NCBI GenBank assembly: GCA_016188495.1
Contig: JACPHU010000009.1
Location: 13,650-77,649, forward strand
Length of the DNA stretch: 64,000 bases
Direction: 5' to 3'
Source of the DNA: Candidatus Uhrbacteria bacterium
GTDB lineage: Bacteria > Patescibacteriota > Patescibacteriia > UBA9934 > GWF2-40-263
The notes beneath the pieces were generated by a model. It made no database searches and was not told the origin of the DNA. It worked only from the letters and a program-made list of their open reading frames with translations. Of the stretch, positions 45,571 through 54,867 are shown piece by piece. A program made the position numbers and the translations under genes. The first letter of the stretch is position 1, and the number at the start of each line of letters is the position of its first letter.

Positions 45571-47286
45571 ATGGAACAGCCAAATACAGACATACAACGC
45601 GTTGCAGAGCTCGTAGCACGCCTCCAAGCCCGTTTTGGTGCTCAAGGCGTCGCGGATGCTGCGGGTAAGGGTGAGTCCCTTCGATACGTCATGTATGTCC
45701 GTAAGAGCACGGATACGGCCGACAAGCAGCAGCGCACCATCGGCGACCAAATCGCCTCGTGCAAGGAATACGCCGACCGCTTCGGGTTGCGTTGGACAGA
45801 GCTCATCCATGAGGAGGAGTCCGCCATGGTCTCCGATGGTCGTCCAAAGTTTCGAGCCATGCTAAACGCCATCAAGGCGGGCACGTTCGATGCCATCCTT
45901 GCATGGGCTCCAGACCGCCTTTCGCGCAACATGAAGGAAGCGGGCGAGATTATCGACATGCTCGACCGAGGCGACATCAAAGACCTCAAGTTCGCCAACG
46001 GGTTCGTATTCGCCAATGAACCGTCGGGCAAGATACTACTCGGTATCACGTTTGTCATGGCCAAGCAGTACAGCGACCAACACTCCCAAAACGTCAGGAA
46101 CGCGATTCATCGAAAGACCGCCGAAGGTAAGTGGGCAGGGGGCCGCGTTAAGCACGGCTACTACCGAAGCACCGCGCATTACCTTCTTCCCGACGGCGAG
46201 AACCATGAGCTCATCAAGGACGTCTTCCGCCTTCGTCTTGAAGGCACGCCGCAGAAGGACATCGCGGCATACCTCATCGAACGCGGCTATCCCGTCCAGA
46301 CGCCGCATACTAAGCATCGCAAGCTCGTCATCGACGACAAGTTCGTCTCGGATATCCTTCACGACGCGTTCTATGTCGGCGCCATGAAGTTCAGTAAACA
46401 ATTCGTCAACCTATTCGACAAGTACGACTTCGTGCCAGCAGTCTCGATCGACGACTTCGAGCGACTCTACAAGAGCGAGGGCGAGAAAATGGGAATCGAC
46501 CTCAAGAAAATTCTCAATCCGCGTGTACAGATCAAGGCCGCGCTCATGCAACAATTTGTTACATGCGGACGATGCGGAAAGTTCATGTCAACGGGCATTA
46601 CCAAGGGCAAATACTATTTTCGTTGTGATTCACCCAAGGCCGTCTTCCCGATGCATGGCAAGTCTACTCGTGCGAAAGTGGTACTCGACGCCTTATACGA
46701 GTTTCTGGAACATCATCCGCTCATCACCAATGCGGGCTACAAGCATTACGTCGCCGAGATGCAGCACATCCTGTCCGAGCAAAGCAAGGAAGCGGAACGG
46801 GAGTTAAAGTCGCTCGTCGCGCAACGTCAGCACGCCGAGGAGCGCATGGAGGACATGAAGGAACTTGCGCGAGGAGCAAAGGGTGACAAGGTGCTTGTGA
46901 AGGAATATCAGGCCGACATGAAGGCGAGCCTTGCAAAGGCAAAGGAACTGTCGGCACAAATTACGAAGCTCAAGATTGAACACCTCAACCCAAAGGAAGC
47001 AATCGCTACATTTGAAGAGTTCCATGAACTGTTTGCAAATCTTGCTCAACTCATACAAAAAATAGACAGCATGGCGGATTTGGATAGTATCATCAAAAAA
47101 ATCTTCATGAACGTCACGGTCACCGACCAAAAAGTCACTCAAATAACACAAAACTCCCCTTTCAGGGAGCTGTGTGTGGACGCCGATTCGGCGATGGTGA
47201 CCCTTCGGAGACTTCCTTGGAACCAATTTATGGAAGAGTTGAGGATGTGGATGCAGTTTCAGGAAATGTGTTTGGCTGAAATGTAA
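45571..47286 (+). CDS. Large serine recombinase (integrase)
   Basis: Resolvase catalytic domain YVMYVRKSTDTADKQ (nucleophilic Ser) and APDRLSRN, a recombinase domain, a Zn ribbon CGRCGKF...FRCDSP, and a C-terminal coiled coil. Confidence 0.85.
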   Translation: MEQPNTDIQRVAELVARLQARFGAQGVADAAGKGESLRYVMYVRKSTDTADKQQRTIGDQIASCKEYADRFGLRWTELIHEEESAMVSDGRPKFRAMLNAIKAGTFDAILAWAPDRLSRNMKEAGEIIDMLDRGDIKDLKFANGFVFANEPSGKILLGITFVMAKQYSDQHSQNVRNAIHRKTAEGKWAGGRVKHGYYRSTAHYLLPDGENHELIKDVFRLRLEGTPQKDIAAYLIERGYPVQTPHTKHRKLVIDDKFVSDILHDAFYVGAMKFSKQFVNLFDKYDFVPAVSIDDFERLYKSEGEKMGIDLKKILNPRVQIKAALMQQFVTCGRCGKFMSTGITKGKYYFRCDSPKAVFPMHGKSTRAKVVLDALYEFLEHHPLITNAGYKHYVAEMQHILSEQSKEAERELKSLVAQRQHAEERMEDMKELARGAKGDKVLVKEYQADMKASLAKAKELSAQITKLKIEHLNPKEAIATFEEFHELFANLAQLIQKIDSMADLDSIIKKIFMNVTVTDQKVTQITQNSPFRELCVDADSAMVTLRRLPWNQFMEELRMWMQFQEMCLAEM

Positions 47287-47436
47287 CTAATCGTGGAATT
47301 ACTGTTTGATTGTGGAGATGGCAAATTTGAGACAATTCCAATAATTGCCCCAATTCCCAACAAACTCCAAATGATTATTTTTCGACGTATAAAATCTAAG
47401 CTTGTTTTCCAATAATCTTGCCATAAGATCGTTGTT

Positions 47437-47991
47437 TTATTTGTTCTTTTCAAGAAATAAATTTCCAGTAAGAATATAAACCAAAATTATTTTTAAACTT
47501 AATCCTAAAAGGATCAACAATATTGAAAAACCAACGAGAAAAGAGATATCGTAGAACAAAATATATTGATTGATAACCATTTTTTCTTGTGTGTGTTCAC
47601 GTATAGACCAATATCCTGAGCAATTAGTCCCAAAGATTGAGCATTCAGTGATAGGGCCATCTTTAGAACTAATTTCAGAAACAAACTTAGAAAATTCTTT
47701 TGGACATTTTTCTTCAAACCAACTTCGATAAAGACTAATTTTGTTGGTAATACTTGGTTGATTAAAACTTTCAAAAATAAAACTTTCATTTTCCTTTATT
47801 TCATTTGGAATATCCTTCTCACTCAAAACACAACCTTCTTGAGCTGGAGATTTTAATGTAATTGCTTGATATCTATACTCATTATCGAATAACTTAAGAG
47901 AAGACAAAACTAATAGAAGCGATAATCCAAGATAAAAAATTTTTAATAATCGAAACCATGGTGAACTAAAAAATCCTTTTGTTGTTTCCAT
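47437..47991 (-). CDS. Hypothetical membrane protein in AT-rich cargo (~184 aa)
   Basis: Start METTKGFF. TM at the N-terminus and near the C-terminus. A 150+ codon ORF in ~28% GC DNA is unlikely by chance. Confidence 0.5.
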   Translation of the reverse strand: METTKGFFSSPWFRLLKIFYLGLSLLLVLSSLKLFDNEYRYQAITLKSPAQEGCVLSEKDIPNEIKENESFIFESFNQPSITNKISLYRSWFEEKCPKEFSKFVSEISSKDGPITECSIFGTNCSGYWSIREHTQEKMVINQYILFYDISFLVGFSILLILLGLSLKIILVYILTGNLFLEKNK

Positions 47992-48034
47992 ATTTTCATT
48001 GTATTGACCCAGATGGAATCTTTGAGAGATCACT

Positions 48035-48187
48035 ATGCCACCTTATGCACCAGATCATAATCCGATTGAACATGTTTGGAATACAGCGAAAGGGGAAACA
48101 ACAAACATTCAACAGGAAAACTTTGAAGCAATGAAAATAACTTTTCATAATTTTATTGATGGACGAAATTTCAATTATGCAATTTAA
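48035..48187 (+). pseudogene. IS630/Tc1-mariner-family transposase C-terminal remnant
   Basis: Translates to MPPYAPDHNPIEHVWNTAKGETTN...FHNFIDGRNFNYAI, the conserved PPYSPDLNPIE catalytic-E region. No upstream DDE domain. Confidence 0.7.
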
Positions 48188-48212
48188 CAGTTTGTTTTGG
48201 GATGGCTATAAA

Positions 48213-48671
48213 TTAGAAAGAGGATATCCAACATAACTCAATTTTTTCAAAAAGTTTTTGCTGATTTTGAGATGAATTCCATTTTTTCAGATTTTCAAAA
48301 AATAAATCTTCGTAATCATTACCTGCTAAAGTATTTAAAGCTTCTAAGTAAACATGTACTTCATTATAAATAGAACTACATGAGCTAGCTTCAGTGAACC
48401 TATTATCATTTACTTGATTGATAAATTCTTGTTCTACTAAATTTAAAAATTCTTTTTTAAGCTCACCTTCATTATTTAAAGAAAAATTATTAATCTGTCT
48501 GTGAAGTTCTTTATTATCCTCATCCAATATATCTGTTTTTCCATTTAAAATAACTTTCTCAGTTTCTAGTGTACCAATTTTGTTCTTCAATATTTCAATT
48601 TCAGTGCATAAGTATGCAATCATTCCAATAAAACTGATTCCAACAATAATCCACAATAAATATTTTTTCAT
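48213..48671 (-). CDS. Hypothetical protein with N-terminal TM/signal anchor and coiled coil (152 aa)
   Basis: MKKYLLWIIVGISFIGMIAYL then a heptad-like region; AT-rich. Confidence 0.45.
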   Translation of the reverse strand: MKKYLLWIIVGISFIGMIAYLCTEIEILKNKIGTLETEKVILNGKTDILDEDNKELHRQINNFSLNNEGELKKEFLNLVEQEFINQVNDNRFTEASSCSSIYNEVHVYLEALNTLAGNDYEDLFFENLKKWNSSQNQQKLFEKIELCWISSF

Positions 48672-49030
48672 ATCTTAGTTAAAAATAATTTAATCATCAT
48701 GAGAGGTTGGCAATAAAGCCCCCAAAATCATAAGTCCTAAAAAGACTAAAATTGCATCTAAAAACATATTATTTTCTTTCTTTTAAAAACACAAAGCCCT
48801 CCGCCAGCCGCAGTCTTTCGACTGCCTGTATCCATTTCTGGGTACAGCCATCCCTGGTTGCTGAACGAAGGGTCCAGTATCAGGGATGGATTTGTGCCAT
48901 GCCTTACATGTGCAAGGTTTAGGCATCTATTTTAATTGTGAGTTTAGTGTAGAGAATTGAGACAAACATGACAAGCAAATAATCAAAAATCTTTAAAATT
49001 TAAAGGATTTTTGTTAAAATATACTCATAA

Positions 49031-49783
49031 ATGAAAATGATTATGAGAAAAGATTTAAAAGAAGAATTCGAATCTCTGATAAAAGAGGGATACGAAATTA
49101 CAAGAATTGCCGATGAAGGTCTAGAACAACACTCGGCTACCGCAACACTAATCCATGAAATTCATCATAAGTTTATAATGTGGAAACAAAGTGCGAAGGA
49201 TCTTTTAAAAGATGAGGCTAAAAATGAAGAATTAGATATTGGATTTCTATTTGAAGGAGATGGAGTACCTTTAATCAAAGCTGGACCAGAATACAGCGAC
49301 CCAATGAGTGAACGATCACAAAAATTATTTACAAACATTCGTATAGCAGCCTCCAGTCATTTGAGAAAAATAAAAGAAATTTATGAAGAGGTGGAGAAAA
49401 ATTTTAAGATTAAAAAATCATTTATTGTCAGAATTAAAAATATTTCTCTTTCCAAGGAAGATTGTTTATTAAAAATAAATGATGGTGAAAAAATAATCTT
49501 CTTTAAATCAAAAAAAGGAAAAGAAGATTTTGAAAAAGAAACCAAACAGTTTAAAATTTTGTACCATCTTTGGGAGTTTCGACAAGAAAAAAAAGGAAGT
49601 AGCATTTTAAAAAAAAGTGAAATTGTTACACTAAAAAATCTTCAAATTTGTAGTCAAAGTAAAAGTGCATCCGCAGTCAGTAAAACTATTGAGAGATTAA
49701 ATAAAAGATTTAAAAAAGAAGGGGTAACTATAGAGATAGAATGTGAAAATGAAAAATGTCGTCTAATTATAGAAAAGACCTAG
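49031..49783 (+). CDS. Hypothetical Lys-rich protein (250 aa)
   Basis: Long ORF in ~28% GC DNA. No recognised motifs. The C-terminal ~70 aa may be a winged-helix-like domain; weak. Confidence 0.45.
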   Translation: MKMIMRKDLKEEFESLIKEGYEITRIADEGLEQHSATATLIHEIHHKFIMWKQSAKDLLKDEAKNEELDIGFLFEGDGVPLIKAGPEYSDPMSERSQKLFTNIRIAASSHLRKIKEIYEEVEKNFKIKKSFIVRIKNISLSKEDCLLKINDGEKIIFFKSKKGKEDFEKETKQFKILYHLWEFRQEKKGSSILKKSEIVTLKNLQICSQSKSASAVSKTIERLNKRFKKEGVTIEIECENEKCRLIIEKT

Positions 49784-49957
49784 ACGGTTTCTTGACTATT
49801 TCTACGACATTATTTTTTTCTATTTTTTTAAAAAACAGTAGGAATTTGTAAAAAGTTTAAAAAAATTCGACATCAAAACAAATATTTAAAACTTATCACA
49901 AAAAACAGTTGCTAAAGTCGAAGTATAAAAGCTTCGATTTTTTTATTCTAAATTTTT

Positions 49958-50218
49958 ATGACTATGACTACGCACGGGATTCAAGAAAATGAAATTTACC
50001 GAACATCGGATTTTTCTCAGGCAATTGCACTTTATTGTCTTGATTTTGTTCTGGAAGCAGTTGATAAAACAACGCCAAATAGGTGTGGATTCTTGTTTAA
50101 ACGGACATGCGAACTTGATCGGGCTATCGAATGGTTCTGGAAACGTGAGCTTCGTATTGAACCTCAGGCTTATTTTCAGGCTTCTAAGGTCTTGCGGACG
50201 CGTCTACATGACCGTTAA
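49958..50218 (+). CDS. Hypothetical small protein (86 aa)
   Basis: ORF upstream of the primase gene. A second ~56-aa ORF at 50224-50394 overlaps the primase start. Confidence 0.35.
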   Translation: MTMTTHGIQENEIYRTSDFSQAIALYCLDFVLEAVDKTTPNRCGFLFKRTCELDRAIEWFWKRELRIEPQAYFQASKVLRTRLHDR

Positions 50219-50359
50219 GACCTATGCTCAGCATTGCCCGAACAAAGGAACTCATCGGCTATGCATCTATCTCGGATGAACAGGCGGAAGCTATCCGAGA
50301 CCAGTTTCGTGATCTCGCAGAATTGATTTTTATAAATTGGAAAACTAACTTGAAACAAT

Positions 50360-52249
50360 ATGACAATGAATCCTCAAACAATCCCAATTAGTGAATACCT
50401 TGACCGGAAGGGTATCGAATACCGGGAACAAGAAAACGAGCTGATAGCACGCTGTATTTTCCACGACTGTGACGATGATAGTAAAGGTATAGAGGCACAT
50501 TGGTATATCAACAAGCACACAAGCCAGTACGACTGCAAAAAATGTGGTCAACAAGGCAACATTTTTACTCTAAGAGAACATTTTGACGATCCAATGTCAG
50601 AAGTCCTTCTTGATGGTGCAAAAGCACTTAACGACCACCCTATAAAGAATGAGTTATTAAATACAGCACAAAACATCTGGAACTCATCAACACAGGTTCC
50701 CAAAGAGTTTGCCTATACGATAAAAAAGAGAATCTCTACGCACGGATCACGCTTCAAGGATGGTAATTTGGTTCTCCCAATGTATAACGGAAACGGCACG
50801 CTAATTTCTCTTCAATTCATTCAAGCAGACGGAAAGAAAAAGTTTCTGCCTGGAGGTAAAACAGTCGGGTCTTATTACATCATTGGCGAAGTGAAAGACG
50901 TTATATGTATTGCGGAAGGATTTGCAACCGCGGCTAGCATTCTTGAAGCAACAGGACATGCTGTCGCCATTGCCTTTTCTGCCGGGAATCTTAAAGCAAC
51001 GGCTCAGGCGATCAAAAACAAGTACACTAATGTAAAGCTAATTGTATGCGCGGACATTGACGATTATGGTCTTACCAAGGCCAAAGAGGCAGCTCAGGTC
51101 GTCAGTGCCTTTCTCGCTATACCTGTCTTTAAACCTGAAGAACGGATCGATGAAAAACCTCCTACGGACTTTAATGATCTGGCTATTTTGCAGAGTGCAG
51201 AAAAAGTGAAGAAAACAATCGAATCGGCAGAAAAAGTAAAAAACAAGTATCAATTCACAGCACTTGCGGACTTATTAGAGGAACCGGAAGAAAAAATTGA
51301 GTGGATCGTTGAAGATCTTCTTCCTCATGGTGGTTTCTCCATCATCGTCGCGAAACCAAAAGTTGGTAAATCTACACTGGTAAGACAACTTGCGTTTTGT
51401 GTTGCAAGCGGAAGCACTTTTCTAGGAAGAACTACGAGCAAGGGGCGCGTTCTCTACTTATCGCTTGAAGAAAAACGTAGCGAAGTGCGGAACCATTTTA
51501 GAATGCTTGGAGCAACCAGAGAGGAAGACATCGGGATTTGTTTTGATCAAACACCAGAAAATGCTCTCGAGTGGTTAAGAGAAGAAATCGATCGATCCGC
51601 GCCAGTGCTGGTCATTATTGATACCTTATTCCGATTCGCACGCGTTTCTGATGTAAATGACTATGCAAAAACACTGGCCGCTCTTGATCCGCTTCTGTCG
51701 CTTGCACGAAGTCACTCCGTACACGTTATGGGCGTTCATCACGCCAGAAAAGGTGATGGGTTTGGGGCAGATACTACATTGGGTTCAACGGCCATTTTTG
51801 GAAGTGTAGATACAGCTATCGTTTTAAAACGAACCGATAGCAAACGCACAGTCGAAACCCAGCAACGCTATGGGGTGGATATGGAACCAACCGTTCTAAC
51901 ATTTGATCCTGATACAAAACGCACCGAGTTAGGCGAAATAAAACAACAGGACGATGTTCAGGGTATCAAAGATGAGATTATTGCTTTTCTTCAATCTGAA
52001 AGTGAATCATCCACAGAAAAGACGATCACTGAAAATACAGAAGGTCGGACTAAGTTAAAACGAAAGGCTTTACGCGATCTTGTTGTCGAAGGTTTGGTGG
52101 CGCGAACAGATTCCGGAAAGAAAGGCGATCCCTACCATTATTCTTGTTCCCTTGTTCCCGCTATATATACGGAACAAGGGAACAAGCAATCGAATGATGG
52201 TGTTGAGCGAAAAACGGACGATCAAATTCTTGAAGAACTTGGTTTATAA
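50360..52249 (+). CDS. DNA primase (CHC2 zinc finger plus TOPRIM) fused to a C-terminal RecA-like/P-loop (AAA_25, RepA-like) domain
   Basis: Zn finger CIFHDCDDDSKGIEAHWYINKHTSQYDCKKCGQQG. TOPRIM VICIAEGFATAAS...VCADIDDYG. P-loop GGFSIIVAKPKVGKSTLV...LYLSLEE. Confidence 0.75.
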   Translation: MTMNPQTIPISEYLDRKGIEYREQENELIARCIFHDCDDDSKGIEAHWYINKHTSQYDCKKCGQQGNIFTLREHFDDPMSEVLLDGAKALNDHPIKNELLNTAQNIWNSSTQVPKEFAYTIKKRISTHGSRFKDGNLVLPMYNGNGTLISLQFIQADGKKKFLPGGKTVGSYYIIGEVKDVICIAEGFATAASILEATGHAVAIAFSAGNLKATAQAIKNKYTNVKLIVCADIDDYGLTKAKEAAQVVSAFLAIPVFKPEERIDEKPPTDFNDLAILQSAEKVKKTIESAEKVKNKYQFTALADLLEEPEEKIEWIVEDLLPHGGFSIIVAKPKVGKSTLVRQLAFCVASGSTFLGRTTSKGRVLYLSLEEKRSEVRNHFRMLGATREEDIGICFDQTPENALEWLREEIDRSAPVLVIIDTLFRFARVSDVNDYAKTLAALDPLLSLARSHSVHVMGVHHARKGDGFGADTTLGSTAIFGSVDTAIVLKRTDSKRTVETQQRYGVDMEPTVLTFDPDTKRTELGEIKQQDDVQGIKDEIIAFLQSESESSTEKTITENTEGRTKLKRKALRDLVVEGLVARTDSGKKGDPYHYSCSLVPAIYTEQGNKQSNDGVERKTDDQILEELGL

Positions 52250-52352
52250 CATTCTCAGACATTATAAGAAATTCTAGGAGATATCCCAATAACCTAACTC
52301 GTCTAATCCTTAATGATTTCGGTCAAAACAAAAGTGAAACAGAGGTAAATTT

Positions 52353-52976
52353 ATGGCAAGAGGCACTTGTGAGGGGCGCACAAAAATATCAATCTTTTGG
52401 CTACGACAAAAGGGATATCTGACTCCTGATATGCCTTGGCGATGGGACTCCTTGAGTTGGACAAACACTTATTCAGGCGAGAGTGCTGGGAGTTTGAGTT
52501 ATCAAATCAAGCTTGATGAGAACAAAGAACCAAACAGCAAAGTAGGGTATATGAGGTTGATGTATACCAATACGAGCGCTTGGTCGGGTGAAAAGACTGA
52601 AATTGATTACGAGATTCCTATTGTCACCACAGGATGCAATTATGGAGGCATTCGTTTCTGGTTCAGATGTCCTCTTAACGCAAACGGCGTTTACTGTGGA
52701 AGACGGATTGGGGTTTTATACAAGATTTCACAGTATTACGGTTGTCGCCATTGCGGAGACCTTGTGTATGCTGCGCAAAATGAAAAAAAGAGTTCTAGGG
52801 ACATGGTTTGCTGCCCTGATCTTGATAAAGCCCACGACAATATCAGACGCTTCCATTACAACGAAAAGCCGACGAAAAAGTACAGAAAATATCTCAAATT
52901 GGAGCAAAAATTTAATGATCAGATCCAGGGATGGATGATTCGCATGGCTTCAGATGATAAAGATTTTGTGCTATGA
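52353..52976 (+). CDS. Hypothetical protein with a Cys4 zinc-ribbon (207 aa)
   Basis: CPLNANGVYCGRR...CRHCGDLVY. Confidence 0.45.
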   Translation: MARGTCEGRTKISIFWLRQKGYLTPDMPWRWDSLSWTNTYSGESAGSLSYQIKLDENKEPNSKVGYMRLMYTNTSAWSGEKTEIDYEIPIVTTGCNYGGIRFWFRCPLNANGVYCGRRIGVLYKISQYYGCRHCGDLVYAAQNEKKSSRDMVCCPDLDKAHDNIRRFHYNEKPTKKYRKYLKLEQKFNDQIQGWMIRMASDDKDFVL

Positions 52977-53139
52977 TACAAGTGTTGACCCAATGCTTTC
53001 ATGCCCGTTTTTTGATCATTTTTGTTGTCCATAATGGGCGGCTTCTGCCAACAAAGTGGTCTTCGGGCTATGCGTTGGGTCAACCAGAGCCGCCCTTTTG
53101 GTTATTAGGATGTAAGAAATTGTAAGATACATAGATCAC

Positions 53140-54684
53140 ATGAAAGCCATCATCTACACACGTGTTAGCTCTAACGAGCAGGTTAAAGGAACCTCACTCG
53201 AAGACCAAGAAACCAAATGTCGAGAGTATTGTGCTCAAAAAAACATTGAGGTTTTGAAAGTTTTTCGAGAAGAGGGTGAGTCTGCCAAAACTGCGGATCG
53301 TACCGAGTTTTTAAGAGCTTTAGAATTTTGTCGAAAGAATAAAAGTAAAGTCGATATTTTTGTTGTGGTTAAAGTGGATCGCTTTGCTAGAAATACAGAA
53401 GACCATTTTGGAGTACGTAAAATTCTACTCGACTACGGTGTGTCTTTGCATTCCGTCACCGAACCAATAGGAAACAGTCCAGTTGAAAAGCTACTTGAGA
53501 CCGTTCTTGCTGGCACAGCAGAATTTGATAATGCAATCCGCTCACAGAGAAGTATTGATGGGATGATCGCACGCGTTCGACAAGGCATCACACCTTGGAA
53601 ACCGCCGATTGGATATTTAAGTAACCAATCAAAAAAACGAGGAGAAAAGAAAAACGAACCTGACGAAATAGATCCTGCAATTTTCCCCATTATTCAACGA
53701 ACACTAAAGCGTTTTTCCAGAGAGGAGATTGAGCAGTCGGAATTATGTGCTTATTTGGATCAGGAAGGTCTATCAAAAATTCGAGGTCGAAAAACTACCA
53801 AACAGATGGTTGAAAAAATTATCGGTCAGTATTTGAAATTTTACGCTGGTATAATCATGAACCCTTGGCTTGAAGGTGAAGAGATCAGGGGATTGCATCG
53901 TGCGATGATTACCGAAGACGAAATGCATCAGATTATCGCCATTCGGACAGGTAAATATATTAAGAAACAGCCACGTAAGAGTTTTAACCCACTTTTTCCT
54001 CTAAAGAAAACAATCGTGTGTGGAACCTGTGACGGAAACCTCACAGCAAGTCGATCAAAAGGGAATGGGGGAGAGTACGGTTACTATCACTGCTACAGTC
54101 CGTCTTGTGAGATGCGAAATAGAACAATTGCGAAAGATATTGTGGAAAGGGAATTCATTCAGCTTTTACAAACTCTGAGACCAAGCAGACAGCATCTATC
54201 TCTACTTCGAGAAACTGTTATGGATCTTTGGGAGGAAAAAAGAGAATTATTTGAATCGGATGCGAGTAAATTTAAGAAACAACTCGATTCCCTCACAGTT
54301 AAGCGTCAGAGAATTTTTGATATGCGTGAGGACGGTTCGTATACCAAGGAAGATTTTTTGGAACGTAAAGCTGAGATCGATAATGAAATGGCCGCAGTTC
54401 GTATATCGTTGAATGAATCCAAGATTGATCAATTTGATATTGAAGCAGCGATCACTTACGCAACGAAGTTCGTTGAGAACCTTGATCGTCAATGGGTGGA
54501 TCTAAAAGATGATCTCAAACCTCGGTTCCAAAAACTGATTTTTCCAGAAGGAGTTCTTTATTTTAAGGATCATGGTTTTCAAACCACGAAATTGTCGCTG
54601 ATGTTACAACAAAAAGAGACCGCTCGTGATGAGCAGTCCCTTTTGGTGACCCCACGGGGAATCGAACCCCGATTTACAGGATGA
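53140..54684 (+). CDS. Large serine recombinase (integrase) overlapping tRNA-Glu
   Basis: MKAIIYTRVSSNEQ (nucleophilic Ser), VKVDRFARNTEDH, recombinase domain, Zn ribbon CGTCDGNL...YYHCYSPSCE, coiled coil. Its last ~41 nt overlap the 3' part of tRNA-Glu on the opposite strand. Confidence 0.85.
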   Translation: MKAIIYTRVSSNEQVKGTSLEDQETKCREYCAQKNIEVLKVFREEGESAKTADRTEFLRALEFCRKNKSKVDIFVVVKVDRFARNTEDHFGVRKILLDYGVSLHSVTEPIGNSPVEKLLETVLAGTAEFDNAIRSQRSIDGMIARVRQGITPWKPPIGYLSNQSKKRGEKKNEPDEIDPAIFPIIQRTLKRFSREEIEQSELCAYLDQEGLSKIRGRKTTKQMVEKIIGQYLKFYAGIIMNPWLEGEEIRGLHRAMITEDEMHQIIAIRTGKYIKKQPRKSFNPLFPLKKTIVCGTCDGNLTASRSKGNGGEYGYYHCYSPSCEMRNRTIAKDIVEREFIQLLQTLRPSRQHLSLLRETVMDLWEEKRELFESDASKFKKQLDSLTVKRQRIFDMREDGSYTKEDFLERKAEIDNEMAAVRISLNESKIDQFDIEAAITYATKFVENLDRQWVDLKDDLKPRFQKLIFPEGVLYFKDHGFQTTKLSLMLQQKETARDEQSLLVTPRGIEPRFTG

Positions 54685-54718
54685 GAACCTGCTGTCCTAA
54701 CCGTTAGACGATGAGGCC
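54644..54718 (-). tRNA. tRNA-Glu (anticodon CTC)
   Basis: Minus strand ggcctca-tc-gtct-aacggtta-ggac-a-gcagg-ttCTCat-cctgt-aaat-cgggg-ttcgatt-ccccg-tggggtc-a-CCA. U33 and A37 are present; the acceptor stem has two G-U pairs. Confidence 0.7.
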
Positions 54719-54867
54719 TTGAAGGAAGATTTATTGGAACGTGCCGAGAATATCATGAGTCTCGATCTTTTTCAAGATTCAAAAAACCACTTAATTTCTT
54801 CATGTACCTACGGACAGACAGGCGCGTCTGACATCCAATTGAGAACGTCCTATGATATAATGATCTT

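Larger units (their letters stand above)
43860..54718. mobile_element. Composite integrated mobile element or genomic island inserted at the 3' end of tRNA-Glu
   Basis: Abrupt composition shifts, two large serine recombinases, HTH protein, primase-ATPase, IS630 remnant and AT-rich cargo. The 3' end of recombinase 2 overlaps tRNA-Glu. The left boundary is placed at the GC jump just after the EamA gene start. Confidence 0.6.

Noticed and set aside
45642-47226. Minus-strand ORFs (45642-46064, 46036-46401, 46804-47226) antisense to serine recombinase 1
   Set aside because: The plus frame carries the resolvase and Zn-ribbon motifs. The antisense frames are composition artefacts.
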